This document shows, one piece after another, positions 19,642 through 29,555 of a DNA stretch of 64,000 nt. Both the position numbers and the translations under genes were made by a program. Source of the stretch: an uncultured Clostridia bacterium (GTDB lineage Bacteria; Bacillota; Clostridia; Christensenellales; QALW01); contig CAUDEY010000001.1 of assembly GCA_958448705.1 (NCBI GenBank), positions 177,924-241,923 on the forward strand, given 5' to 3'. Under the pieces are notes generated by a model. It was given only the letters and a program-made list of their open reading frames with translations. It was not told where the DNA came from and did no database searches. Numbering within the stretch: position 1 is the first letter of the stretch; each line of letters starts with the position of its first letter.

Positions 19642-21363
19642 CTATTTTACAAACACTATTCCGGCACGCGGTACTATAAGCTCGCCTATCGCCTCCGGCC
19701 CAAAAACACCGCTTGCCTGCTCCTGCCCCATGCAATCTACGATTCGATAGTTCCTTCCCGTACAATTTTTAAAATAAAGGCTTTGGCTTGCCGTGCCGTT
19801 TACTACAGCAAAATCCGCATATGCACCGGCAATAACTGGCTGCGTATACGCCGTAATTACCGCTTTATCTCCCAAGCTTGCGCAAACCTGGCTGTATCCT
19901 GCTTCCGGATTAAAAGCTGTAAGTTTGCCTTCTAATAAAACCTCTCGGTTCTGCCGCCAAAAAGAAAGATAATAAGAAAGCATACGCCGGTGGTCCTCCC
20001 GCAGGCGGTTCAGCCGCATGGAAATCTGCGGTACACTGTAAAGCACGCTTATCAGCTGTGCCGCCGCGCTCTCTACCGAATCGTCATAATGCCACATCAG
20101 CATATCGGAATGAACGGCCGTTTTGCCGGAAGTCAACCGAAGATTTACTACATCTCCACGGTTGCGCAGCGCATCACCCGGACAGTCTGCTACGCGCAGC
20201 ATATTGCCGTACCGACGAATATTCGGCCCTACATAAGTTTGGCGGAACTCAAGCAAAACTTCCGGATTCTGCTGGTACAATACCTCTGTAACTTCCCGCA
20301 TCAGCGCATCCACACCGTCCTCCAGAGAAGCATAATCCCGCCGGGGATCCTCTTCAATCGATTTTCCGCGCAGAATAAAGGAATCAATAAAGTCCAGCTT
20401 TAAACCGTCCAATCCCCACGCTGCTACAGCTTCTTTATACGTCTTTACTAAGTACTGCCGCACCTGCGGATACCGCGGATCCAGCGCCCAGAAATCCCTT
20501 CCGTTGCCGCTGCCGTCCAGCAGCATATCGCGAAATTGCTCATAGGCCGAAGAGTGAAGTCCTACAAAAGGCACCGAATACCATAGCATCACCTTCATAC
20601 CGATAGCATGAAGCTGATCCACAAACGCCTTCATATCCGGTATTTTGGAAGAAGCCACCTTCCAATCGCCGCAGTAAGCATAGCCGCGGCTGTTATCCTC
20701 CGTCTGCCACCCGTCATCAATGATCACGGTCTCCATTCCCGCAGCCTTTGAGAGCCGGCACTCCTCTAAAATTTGTTCCCTGTCCAACAGTTGATGAAAG
20801 CTGTACCACAGGGAATCCATCGGCATTTTAGCCGCCTCCGGCACCGGGGCAGGCGCATAATAGTCTTTCTCCCACCAGTTCACGACATCGTAGATGCTGT
20901 CATAATACGGAATATCGCGCATATCCAGCCGCAGCACAGCCCGATACGACTCCACCGGCGTAGTAGGCAGTGTAAAGAACTCTACCGTACAATCGATACA
21001 GCCGTCCTCCTCACAAATCCCCGTAGCAATTGCCGTAGGCGTTGCTGCATCCGAAAGTGCGATCGTCAGCCGATTCTTTCCCCCTAAGGAAATCACACTT
21101 TGCAGCGGCATCCAGGCTGCCAGCCTTGCCTCGGTACGGCGCTTGCTCCAATTCGGGCCAAGATGACGGGAATCCCGCAGGGACGGGCTCCAAACCGAAT
21201 AGCAATCGCATGCCGGCAGCTTCCAGGTGATTTTAAACTTCTGCGGCACGGCTTTTTCCTGAAGCTGCATCACAACATCTGCGTAAAAAACGCCGTTCTC
21301 CTCCCGCTGGTTCACCAGTTCAATTCTCGTCTGCGGATTTCCTCCGCTGATTTCAAAATTCAT
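19642..21363 (-). CDS. alpha-galactosidase-like glycoside hydrolase (GH36/clan GH-D-like)
   Basis: VIIDDGWQ and the CGDW region. Start ATG 21363 follows AAGGAG. Confidence 0.6.
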   Translation of the reverse strand: MNFEISGGNPQTRIELVNQREENGVFYADVVMQLQEKAVPQKFKITWKLPACDCYSVWSPSLRDSRHLGPNWSKRRTEARLAAWMPLQSVISLGGKNRLTIALSDAATPTAIATGICEEDGCIDCTVEFFTLPTTPVESYRAVLRLDMRDIPYYDSIYDVVNWWEKDYYAPAPVPEAAKMPMDSLWYSFHQLLDREQILEECRLSKAAGMETVIIDDGWQTEDNSRGYAYCGDWKVASSKIPDMKAFVDQLHAIGMKVMLWYSVPFVGLHSSAYEQFRDMLLDGSGNGRDFWALDPRYPQVRQYLVKTYKEAVAAWGLDGLKLDFIDSFILRGKSIEEDPRRDYASLEDGVDALMREVTEVLYQQNPEVLLEFRQTYVGPNIRRYGNMLRVADCPGDALRNRGDVVNLRLTSGKTAVHSDMLMWHYDDSVESAAAQLISVLYSVPQISMRLNRLREDHRRMLSYYLSFWRQNREVLLEGKLTAFNPEAGYSQVCASLGDKAVITAYTQPVIAGAYADFAVVNGTASQSLYFKNCTGRNYRIVDCMGQEQASGVFGPEAIGELIVPRAGIVFVK

Positions 21364-21426
21364 AAAATACGCTCCTTTTTTGTATTCTATCATACTCCTG
21401 CCATACAAGCAAGAAAAGATACTATG

Positions 21427-21633
21427 TTACGGCGCCTGATAGTATTCCTGAAACAAATCGTTGGGTGTACATTCCAAAATATCACAAAGAGCCTTTAAAT
21501 TTTCAAACTTAATACTTTTCGTTTGGTTATTGATGATTTTATTAAAATTCTGATAGCTTAATCCCAACTGAATATACAGCCAATACTTTGTTTTGCCCTT
21601 TTCCTTTAAAATTTCATAAATGCGCAGTGTCAA
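21427..21633 (-). CDS. XRE (Cro/CI) family HTH transcriptional regulator
   Basis: 68 aa with an HTH_3-like region YWLYIQLGLSYQNFNKIINNQ. TTG start after GGAGTG. Confidence 0.8.
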   Translation of the reverse strand: MTLRIYEILKEKGKTKYWLYIQLGLSYQNFNKIINNQTKSIKFENLKALCDILECTPNDLFQEYYQAP

Positions 21634-21650
21634 TTATATCACTCCAACAA

Positions 21651-21742
21651 TATATAATGAATACATTATATAAAAAACAGTTCTTGACAAATAGATATGC
21701 ACATTATATAATGTTATCAATATATAATGTATACATTATATA
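21651..21742. promoter_or_regulatory. three related palindromic operator-like sites
   Basis: 21651-21672 TATATAATGAATACATTATATA; 21701-21714 ACATTATATAATGT; 21721-21742 TATATAATGTATACATTATATA (a perfect 22-bp palindrome). Confidence 0.65.
21684..21712 (+). promoter_or_regulatory. consensus sigma-70 promoter for the LRR gene
   Basis: TTGACA, 17 nt, TATAAT. The -10 lies inside the middle palindrome. Confidence 0.7.
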
Positions 21743-21749
21743 AACTTTT

Positions 21750-22316
21750 ATGAAAAAGGACTATAGCACCGTGAAAAAAATCCATCTTCTGCTCTGCATG
21801 CTACTGGCAGCTGTCGTACTCTTTGCCGCTTCATCTCCCCTTTTTCTACACAACGCTTGCTTTATTTTTACAGAAGAAGATTCTGTTACCCTTATAAAAT
21901 ATACCGGCCGCGCCAAGCGCGTATCTGTACCGGCGTGCCTTAACGGCAAAGAAGTTTCTCAGATCAGCCCCATTGCTTTTTCCGGAAACCGTGTGATTGA
22001 GGAAATTATCTTTCCTAAAACAATAACCCTCTTCGATATGCGTTCCATAGAAGGATGCCTCTCCTTAAAAAGAATCGTCTTTCAAGCAGAAACTCTTACG
22101 CTTACCTATAAAAAATTTTTACTCTCGGGTGTAACTCTTCAGAATATTTGTCCCAATTTAGAAATAATACATCTTATAAGAATCAAAGATAGGCAAAACC
22201 TCTCCATAGATTTTCCATTAAACACCATACGAATTAAGATGTCCGGCACTCTTTTCAGCCAACAGAACCACAGCCTTTCTTTTTTAGCATGCAATCCCTT
22301 GTATGCCCTGTTTTGA
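21750..22316 (+). CDS. membrane-anchored or secreted leucine-rich-repeat (BspA-type) protein
   Basis: N-terminal hydrophobic anchor. LRR_5-like repeats (ISPIAFSGNRVIEEIIFPKTIT..., SIEGCLSLKRIVF). Confidence 0.55.
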   Translation: MKKDYSTVKKIHLLLCMLLAAVVLFAASSPLFLHNACFIFTEEDSVTLIKYTGRAKRVSVPACLNGKEVSQISPIAFSGNRVIEEIIFPKTITLFDMRSIEGCLSLKRIVFQAETLTLTYKKFLLSGVTLQNICPNLEIIHLIRIKDRQNLSIDFPLNTIRIKMSGTLFSQQNHSLSFLACNPLYALF

Positions 22317-22344
22317 CTTCATCTTTTTTCCTTTTGTACGAAAA

Positions 22345-22368
22345 AATCCCGCAGATATCTGCGGGATT
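22345..22368. terminator. bidirectional terminator
   Basis: AATCCCGCAG-ATAT-CTGCGGGATT flanked by A and T runs. Confidence 0.75.
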
Positions 22369-22389
22369 TATATATGCACATAAATGCAT

Positions 22390-24375
22390 TTATTTGTTCA
22401 ATACTGCTTTTGCAGTCTCAGCCACATGCTGTGCAGTAAAGCCAAATTTTTCAAACAGTACTTTTGCAGGCGCAGAAGCACCAAAGTGATCGATGCACAC
22501 TGCTGCGCCGTCTAAACCGATATAGCGATACCAGCTTTGAGAAGAAGCCGCTTCTACGGCCACGCGGGCGCGTACTTCTTTCGGCAGTACGCTTTCTTTA
22601 TATTCCTTGCTTTGCTTTTCAAACAGTTCCATCGAGGGCATAGAAACCACACTGGCCTCAATTCCTTCCTGCTTTAAAAGAGCAGCAGCCCCCACTGCTT
22701 GCTCCACTTCAGAGCCGCTGGCTATCAGCAGCACATCCGGTACTGCTTTTTCCGCTTTCTGCAGCACATAGCCGCCTTTTAAGGCATCTTTGCCGCTGCC
22801 TCCATATTGGGGAAGATTCTGTCGCGTCAGCACAATAGCTGTGGGACCATCATTGTTCATTGCTACGGTATAGGCAGCCGCCGTTTCTTTTGCATCGGCA
22901 GGACGGAACACCGTCATACCGGGAATACTGCGTAGAGCTGCCAGCTGCTCGATCGGCTCATGGGTCGGACCGTCCTCCCCCACACCGATAGAATCATGCG
23001 TCAGCACATAAGTTACCGGCAACTTCATCAATGCCGCCATACGCATGGCGTTTTTCATATAGTCGGTAAACACAAAAAAGGTTGCGCAATAGGGCGTTAC
23101 ACCGCCGTGCAGATACAAACCGTTCACGATGGCTGCCATAGCATGTTCCCGAATGCCAAAATGGACATTGCTTCCCTCTGGCGTCTCCGCGCTGAAATAC
23201 GGTCTTCCTTTCATTTCACTCTTATTAGAAGGTCCCAGATCAGCACTGCCGCCGAACAAATTGGGCTGCATAGCCGCCAGTCGATTCAAAATCTCACCGG
23301 AGCTGGCACGGGTAGCCGAAGGTTTGTCATCAAAGCGCCAAAAATCCTCATTCTGAATAAGATCCTGCGGAAATTCGCGCTTAAACCAAACAGTATATTC
23401 CTTATAAAGCTCAGGATATTTTTCCGCGTAGCGCTGCATCATAGCATTCCAAGCCTGCTCTGCCGCTTTGCCATGAGCGGCCGTTTCCCGAACAAAATCC
23501 AGCACATCCTGCGGTACCTCAAAGGGCGCGTACTCCCAGCCCAAATTCTTTTTGGTTTCGCTCAGGTTTTCCTCTCCCAAAGGCTCCCCATGTGCCGAGG
23601 CCTTTCCCTGCTTAGCCGGGCATCCGTAGCCAATATCCGTGCGGCAGATAATCAGGGAAGGCTTGTCCGAAACAGCTTTTGCTTCAGCAATGGCGGCGGC
23701 CACCGCATCGGTATCGTTGCCGTCGGCCACCTGCACGACATGCCAGCCCATCGCTTTATGCCGGGCGCCGACATCCTCACTGAAGGCAGTGGAAATATCG
23801 CCTTCAATCGTAATATTATTTTTATCATAAATACAAATAAGCTTACCCAGTTTCAGCGTGCCGGCCAGGGAAGCGGCCTCATACTGAATCCCCTCCTGTA
23901 AACACCCATCGCCCACCAGAACATAGGTATAATGGTCCACAACCGGGAAGCCCTCGCGGTTAAATTTTGCAGCCAGGTGCGCTTCAGCCATCGCCATACC
24001 CACTGCATTGGCAAAGCCCTGCCCCAGCGGGCCGGTAGAAGTCTCCACGCCTTCGGTATGGCCGTATTCCGGGTGCCCCGGCGTTTTGCTGCCCCATTGA
24101 CGGAAGTTTTTGATATCCTCTATTGTAAGCGGATAGCCAAACATATATAAAAGCGAATACAGCAGCATAGAGCCATGCCCCGCCGAAAGAACAAACCGAT
24201 CCCGGTCAGCAAAAGCAGGATTTTGAGGATTGTGCTTTAAATGCTTAGTCCACAGCGCATAGGCAAGGGGAGCCGATCCCATCGGCAAGCCGGGGTGGCC
24301 GCTGTTGGCCTTTTGTACTCCTTCCGCCGAAAGAATCCGTATCGCGTCAACTGTCTTTTTTTCTATAGCCTTCAT
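22390..24375 (-). CDS. tkt: transketolase
   Basis: 661 aa with GHPG, the TPP motif GDGCLQEG, and an [13 protein letters not shown] region. Confidence 0.95.
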   Translation of the reverse strand: MKAIEKKTVDAIRILSAEGVQKANSGHPGLPMGSAPLAYALWTKHLKHNPQNPAFADRDRFVLSAGHGSMLLYSLLYMFGYPLTIEDIKNFRQWGSKTPGHPEYGHTEGVETSTGPLGQGFANAVGMAMAEAHLAAKFNREGFPVVDHYTYVLVGDGCLQEGIQYEAASLAGTLKLGKLICIYDKNNITIEGDISTAFSEDVGARHKAMGWHVVQVADGNDTDAVAAAIAEAKAVSDKPSLIICRTDIGYGCPAKQGKASAHGEPLGEENLSETKKNLGWEYAPFEVPQDVLDFVRETAAHGKAAEQAWNAMMQRYAEKYPELYKEYTVWFKREFPQDLIQNEDFWRFDDKPSATRASSGEILNRLAAMQPNLFGGSADLGPSNKSEMKGRPYFSAETPEGSNVHFGIREHAMAAIVNGLYLHGGVTPYCATFFVFTDYMKNAMRMAALMKLPVTYVLTHDSIGVGEDGPTHEPIEQLAALRSIPGMTVFRPADAKETAAAYTVAMNNDGPTAIVLTRQNLPQYGGSGKDALKGGYVLQKAEKAVPDVLLIASGSEVEQAVGAAALLKQEGIEASVVSMPSMELFEKQSKEYKESVLPKEVRARVAVEAASSQSWYRYIGLDGAAVCIDHFGASAPAKVLFEKFGFTAQHVAETAKAVLNK

Positions 24376-24518
24376 ATGTTTCCTCCATCAAACAGCACAA
24401 AAAACGCACTGCAATTTTTATATTTTCATTATAATATAAGAATGCTTTTTCCGCAAGCAAATCCATCCATACACAGTCGTTTGATTTTAAATGTAAAAAA
24501 TTCCAATCATTAATATTT

Positions 24519-24561
24519 AAAAAGATTGAAATCCGCCAAAGCCAACGGATTTCAATCTTTT
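24519..24561 (-). terminator. intrinsic terminator downstream of GH99-like gene A
   Basis: 14-bp stem AAGATTGAAATCCG / CGGATTTCAATCTT followed by a T-run on the minus strand. Confidence 0.75.
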
Positions 24562-24584
24562 GCACCGTACAAATCCTACTTCAT

Positions 24585-25703
24585 TTATTTCTCTTTTTTG
24601 CCGCAAAATACTCTTTGCACCGCCTGCAGATACCCATAGCCGTAAAGGCTGTCCGGCTCCAGATAACTGGTTTCCGTCCATTCATTCCAACTGTTGATCG
24701 TAATCAGCGGGGGCTGCTCGGGGTGGGCGTCCGCATAGGCCTTTGCCATTTGAAGGCCCTTTTCAAAGGCTTCGGGCGTATTATTCTTTACAATTGCCTC
24801 CCGGAATTCTTCAAACCTGGGATTATTATCCCAACCAATCGAAATATGCGGGAAATACGGGATAGAAAACGACGTTTCAATCCGCTTCCATTCCACCGCT
24901 ACATCATTCAAAATATCCGAATACTCACGGTTAACGTCCACAAAATGGCAGAACTGATAATGGCTCAGACTGTTAAAGCCCATATACCGGCAGGTATCCT
25001 CAATCGAAGACTTTACAGACTGATCCACACCGGAGAGATTCAAATTATTTGCGCCGTACATCGTCAGCTGCAGATGCAGGCCGCTAAAGCCGGCTTCTAC
25101 TGTCTTTTGGCGGAACCAATCCAACGCGAGCTTTGTTTCCTCTACGCCGCCTAACCCGCGCACAAGGTTCGGCAAGTCATAGAGCATAAACACCGGCTGA
25201 TTGTCGATCGTATAATAGTTAGGTTGGGAAAAATATTTTTCAATCAAACGGCAGCAAATACGTTCAAATTCTGTGCGGTCCACCGCGCCGTCCCATATCA
25301 GATTATTCCGGTCATGAGAAAGACGAATATCCCAGGTATTTCCTACGTTATGATTGGCCCACATCAAATAAAACTTCATCTTCTGGCAGTTTTTTGCCTT
25401 TAAAAAGCCGTCATTCAAACAATTCTCCAAAAACGGCCGCCTATCATACCAGTACCAGTCATAAATAAAGACATTAACTCCATGATCCAGTGCCGCCTCA
25501 ATCTCCATTTCCATCACATAGGGGTCAGCCTCATTCACATACCCCCACAACGGCTTTCTGGGCCAGTTATGCTCGGGGAACTTTTGCTTTGAATTTTTAA
25601 CTGACTGCCATTCCCCGATACCCTCCGGCCAAAACATCCGGGTTCTCGGCTCATCACCGGTATACGCAGGCCAAATATAGGCCGCAACATCATATTTTTT
25701 CAA
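24585..25703 (-). CDS. GH99-like / WbsX-like domain protein (paralog A)
   Basis: The likely start is TTG 25703 after AAGGGAGA. N-terminus KKYDVAAYIWP and C-terminus NSWNEWTETSYLEPDSLYGYGYLQAV are shared with paralogs B and C. Confidence 0.65.
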   Translation of the reverse strand: MKKYDVAAYIWPAYTGDEPRTRMFWPEGIGEWQSVKNSKQKFPEHNWPRKPLWGYVNEADPYVMEMEIEAALDHGVNVFIYDWYWYDRRPFLENCLNDGFLKAKNCQKMKFYLMWANHNVGNTWDIRLSHDRNNLIWDGAVDRTEFERICCRLIEKYFSQPNYYTIDNQPVFMLYDLPNLVRGLGGVEETKLALDWFRQKTVEAGFSGLHLQLTMYGANNLNLSGVDQSVKSSIEDTCRYMGFNSLSHYQFCHFVDVNREYSDILNDVAVEWKRIETSFSIPYFPHISIGWDNNPRFEEFREAIVKNNTPEAFEKGLQMAKAYADAHPEQPPLITINSWNEWTETSYLEPDSLYGYGYLQAVQRVFCGKKEK

Positions 25704-25967
25704 CTTGCTTTCTCCCTTTCTAATGTAATGCAACTTTTCCACTGAAATCCTGTTCTTCATACAATAGGATTTTTCTTCCCTATATTTATAACAAAAGTAT
25801 CGGCAAATGTCCAGAAGTATTTTTTACTAAAAAATTCCGCGTTCTTAAAGCTTTCCGTAAAACAGGGCGATTGCCTCCCAAAATGGAGAATCATAAAATT
25901 TTCACTTTTCTTTTTAAGCAGCGAGTGTTATAATAATAACGTTATTTTTTATAAAGAGGGGGTTGCT

Positions 25968-26813
25968 GTGAAAAAGCTTTTAAAATCCGCGGCAGCCGCG
26001 GGAGCGCTGCTCTTTGCCTGTCTGCCGCTCTGCGGGTGCAGCGAAGAAGCCGCCCCGGTAGTTTTGGAAAAAAGCCGCGTTCCCGTAGGCTATACGGCTA
26101 CTTACCATATCACTGTAAAGGATGGTATTGCCGAAGGCGAAAATCTTACCTATGATAACCGCTACTCCATCTATGTAGAAGGTGAAGAAGGTGCGCGTGA
26201 ACTTGTAATTTCTTCAATAGCAGAGGCACCCTATATAAACGATAAAAAAGAGGAAGGCGTTCAGACAATTACTGCAAATAGCCGGTTAGTCTATGACGAT
26301 ACCTCTCTGGCAGGCTTTGGTGTGCCCATTACCGTAGAGGAAGAATTTACGAATACCGTTGCGCAGACGCAGTATACGCATCTATTAGCCGAACATGATC
26401 ACAGCCTGAAAATGGCATTGCTGAAAACAAAAAAATATAAATCTTCCACCGATACCGAACCGACTGAAAGTTTATATTCTGTTTCTCTGCAAACACAATA
26501 TTTTGATAAAGATTCTCTTCCGTTTTTGCTGGCAGCATTTCCTTCCGAACAGGACGCCGTGGTTTGGCTTTCTGCCGGCAACCGGGACCGTCTGCAGGCG
26601 GTAAGATATGAGCCTTTGGGTAAAGAACATATTACCGTACCGGCCGGTGCTTTTGACTGCATCAAAATACGGCTCCGTCCCAATACTGATTTTTCTGTTT
26701 ACAGTGCCACGCTTTATATTGATTCTGCTACGGGTCTCGTTATTAAGGTAATACAGCAGAATTCCGTCATGAAGCTGATGGAAACTGATTTTCAAACAGC
26801 TCCTTCAGCATAA
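25968..26813 (+). CDS. putative lipoprotein of unknown function
   Basis: GTG start after AGAGGGGG. Signal peptide with the lipobox LPLCGC. Confidence 0.6.
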   Translation: MKKLLKSAAAAGALLFACLPLCGCSEEAAPVVLEKSRVPVGYTATYHITVKDGIAEGENLTYDNRYSIYVEGEEGARELVISSIAEAPYINDKKEEGVQTITANSRLVYDDTSLAGFGVPITVEEEFTNTVAQTQYTHLLAEHDHSLKMALLKTKKYKSSTDTEPTESLYSVSLQTQYFDKDSLPFLLAAFPSEQDAVVWLSAGNRDRLQAVRYEPLGKEHITVPAGAFDCIKIRLRPNTDFSVYSATLYIDSATGLVIKVIQQNSVMKLMETDFQTAPSA

Positions 26814-27068
26814 TGGAAACAGGGTGTTTTACGTTAATCCCTTTGGAGGAACAAAAAAATCTTAGAAAATCTTCCTATAAATCCAAAAGAAAACTTGACA
26901 AGTACAAAAAAATGAGTACACTTTTAATAAAGGCAACGGCGTCTGAGAGATTTTTCTCTTTGACGCTCTTTCTTTTTCCAAAGGCATAGTAAAGTTGGAT
27001 GCGTTATATATAAATATTTTATAAAACAGTACAATATATATCATATCATTATACTATAGAAAAACAGG

Positions 27069-27097
27069 TTTGACACAATATTTTCGCAGTGCTATAA
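27069..27097 (+). promoter_or_regulatory. consensus sigma-70 promoter about 300 nt upstream of the atp operon
   Basis: TTGACA, 17 nt, TATAAT. Confidence 0.6.
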
Positions 27098-27402
27098 TAT
27101 GCAAATCAATAATAAAATTCAGAAATCGTGCTGTCGTACTCCTTTCTTTTTTTGAGCGATAGCATCCTTTATATCTCTGTGGAAAATGATCTAAAAAATA
27201 GATTTCTGCCATGAAACACGCCGCCCGATGTATAAAAATGCACAAAAGGCAAATAATATTTTGCTAAAATACGTTTATTTGATACACCAAAGATATAGAG
27301 TAAAATCTCGGTTCATGAAAGAATAAAATTCAATCCTATGAAACGCAATAATAAGCAGCAAAAACATTGCTTCCTTGATTATTGACAGAAAGGTGCAGCC
27401 CT

Positions 27403-27654
27403 ATGCTTGCAGTACTATGCGGAATTCTGTGCGGTACAGTACAGTTTCTGCTGTTAAAAAAATTCACCGGCTTTTTGCTTAGCGGAAAAACAAAACCCGC
27501 GCTTTTGCTTTTAGCTGCAAAGCTTGCCGTTTATGCGGCAGTGCTTACTATTGTACTTGTATTCTTTGCCAAGCAGGCAATTTTCTTTATTACCGGTCTG
27601 GCCGGAGTCCTGATCCTCGGCACAGTACTCCAATATATTCGATCCAGGAGATGA
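27403..27654 (+). CDS. small hydrophobic protein at the AtpI/AtpZ position of the ATP synthase operon
   Basis: Start ATG 27403 after GAAAGGTG. Three predicted hydrophobic helices. First gene of the atp operon. Confidence 0.5.
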   Translation: MLAVLCGILCGTVQFLLLKKFTGFLLSGKTKPALLLLAAKLAVYAAVLTIVLVFFAKQAIFFITGLAGVLILGTVLQYIRSRR

Positions 27655-27658
27655 TTTT

Positions 27659-28564
27659 TTGAACACAGCGGACGTTATTAAATTAGCGGGTTCTACGATA
27701 GCCGCGGCACTTTCACTGGTAGGATTCATCATCATAAAAGCAAAACTGCGCCACGGGGAAGTTACAAAAAAAACCAAAAGGCTCAAAACCGTATTCTTCT
27801 GTATTCTGCTTTTTTCCCTTTGGTTTTTAATCGGCACCCTTTTGGCGGCCTTCAGCGGCGTATCAGGAGATATCAGTGATATCGGTGTAGAAATGTTTTC
27901 TCCGCCAGTAAATTTCAGCCTCTTTGGAATTCGTCTTTCGCAAACGACGGTAATTGCATCCTGCGTGGTTCTCATCACTTTGATTTTGGCGCTGATCTTT
28001 CGTTTTGCCATTGTTCCGCATTTTCGGGAAAACAACCCCCGCGGACTGCAAAGCGTAATGGAACTTGCTGTAGATTCGATGGATAATTTTGTTGCCAACA
28101 CGATGCACCACCAGGACACCGGCGCACTGAGCTCTTATATGTTTTCGGTTGCCTTTTTCCTCATCGGCTGTGCCGCCAGCGAGCTCTTTGGCCTGCGGGC
28201 CCCGACATCAGATCTTCTGGTTACAATTGCGCTGGGCCTTGTTACTTTTATCCTAATCAATTATTACGGCATTAAAAAGAAGCGTCTGCGCGGCAGGTTG
28301 AGACAAATGTGTTCTCCTACGCCGCTGATGCTGCCGCTGAAGATTATATCAGATATCGCAGTACCGATTTCCCTTGCCTGCCGATTATTCGGCAATATGC
28401 TCGGCGGCATGGTAGTCATGGAGCTTTTAAACAGCGCGCTGGGTTGTTACCATTTAGGTGTTTCATCAGTGGCGGGACTTTATTTCAACTTGTTCCACCC
28501 GCTGATTCAAGCATATATCTTTATAACACTTTCGCTTACCTTTATCAATGAGGCAGTGGAATAG
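27659..28564 (+). CDS. atpB: F0F1 ATP synthase subunit a, with an N-terminal extension
   Basis: Conserved Arg region ISLACRLFGNMLGG. TTG start after AGGAG. At 301 aa it is longer than a typical subunit a. Confidence 0.85.
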   Translation: MNTADVIKLAGSTIAAALSLVGFIIIKAKLRHGEVTKKTKRLKTVFFCILLFSLWFLIGTLLAAFSGVSGDISDIGVEMFSPPVNFSLFGIRLSQTTVIASCVVLITLILALIFRFAIVPHFRENNPRGLQSVMELAVDSMDNFVANTMHHQDTGALSSYMFSVAFFLIGCAASELFGLRAPTSDLLVTIALGLVTFILINYYGIKKKRLRGRLRQMCSPTPLMLPLKIISDIAVPISLACRLFGNMLGGMVVMELLNSALGCYHLGVSSVAGLYFNLFHPLIQAYIFITLSLTFINEAVE

Positions 28565-28583
28565 AATTTAGGAGGAACAAAAA

Positions 28584-28799
28584 ATGACCGCATTAGCAGC
28601 AGCAATCGCATTACTTCCCTGCGCCGCAGCCGGCGCAATGATGGGATTCGCCACATCCAAAGCCGTAGAAGCCGTAGCCCGCCAGCCCGAAGCCAGCGGA
28701 AAGATCAATTCCGTACTGATCATGGGACTTGCTTTAGCTGAATCCACGGCAATCTACAGCTTTGTTATCGCGATTCTTCTCTTTACAAAAGTAATTTAA
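28584..28799 (+). CDS. atpE: F0F1 ATP synthase subunit c
   Basis: 71-aa hairpin proteolipid with the loop ARQPEA and the carboxylate motif LAESTAIY. Confidence 0.9.
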   Translation: MTALAAAIALLPCAAAGAMMGFATSKAVEAVARQPEASGKINSVLIMGLALAESTAIYSFVIAILLFTKVI

Positions 28800-28806
28800 A
28801 GCAGGT

Positions 28807-29325
28807 GTGAAAATGTTTGGTGATTTAGGGTTACGGCCGGAAATGCTGGTTGATTTAGCCATTAATCTGGCAAATATCGTCATCATGTTTTTAATCGTAC
28901 GCTTTTTGGTATATAAGCCGGTGCGAAAATTCATGAACGCGCGGGCTCAAAAAGCCGAAAATGAAAAGAAGGAAATCGATGCAAAATTAGAAGAAGCCCG
29001 CCAGTTAAAAGAAGAATACACCCAAAAATTACAGCAGACAGAAGAGGCGGCCAATAAGCTGATAGCCGATGCCAACGCAGAAGCCGAAAGCAATGCCGCA
29101 GTGATCCTCAATAAAGCGCATCGTGATGCCGGCGCCATTATAGAAGAAGCAAAAAAAGAAGCACAGCATACGGCGGAAGAAATTTCTAAGCAAATGCGCG
29201 GCCAGGTAGTAGAGCTCGCCATCGATATTGCGCAGCGTCTGATCGAACGAAATGTAAACGATGCTGATAATATGCGCTATGCGCAAGAGCTGTTTTCTCA
29301 GCTGGACCAGGAAAGCAAAGGGTAA
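28807..29325 (+). CDS. atpF: F0F1 ATP synthase subunit b
   Basis: An N-terminal TM helix followed by a long charged coiled-coil. Fits the operon position. Confidence 0.8.
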   Translation: MKMFGDLGLRPEMLVDLAINLANIVIMFLIVRFLVYKPVRKFMNARAQKAENEKKEIDAKLEEARQLKEEYTQKLQQTEEAANKLIADANAEAESNAAVILNKAHRDAGAIIEEAKKEAQHTAEEISKQMRGQVVELAIDIAQRLIERNVNDADNMRYAQELFSQLDQESKG

Positions 29326-29330
29326 AGAAA

Positions 29331-29555
29331 ATGCAGCAGACAGCAATTTTATACGTTTCAAAAAACACTTCCCAAAAAACGCTGGAATATATCAAAGATC
29401 AATTCCAGATCCGTTACGGGCATACGCTTTCCTTTCATGTGGCAGAGAGTCCTGCACTGTTAGGCGGCTTTTTAGCAATTGTAAACGGCCAGATCTATAA
29501 CGCATCGCTTTCTACCAAACTTCAGGATCTAAAAAAGCACTTACTGGAAGAATAA
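29331..29555 (+). CDS. atpH: truncated ATP synthase delta (OSCP) subunit, C-terminal domain only
   Basis: 74 aa. ESPALLGGFLAIVNGQIYNASLSTKLQDLKKHL matches the OSCP C-terminal motif. There is no room for an N-terminal domain. Confidence 0.6.
   Translation: MQQTAILYVSKNTSQKTLEYIKDQFQIRYGHTLSFHVAESPALLGGFLAIVNGQIYNASLSTKLQDLKKHLLEE

Noticed and set aside
26862-27245. Small ORFs (60-63 aa) in the AT-rich region upstream of the atp operon.
   Set aside because: They have no RBSs, their composition is typical of AT-rich non-coding DNA, and one overlaps the consensus atp promoter.
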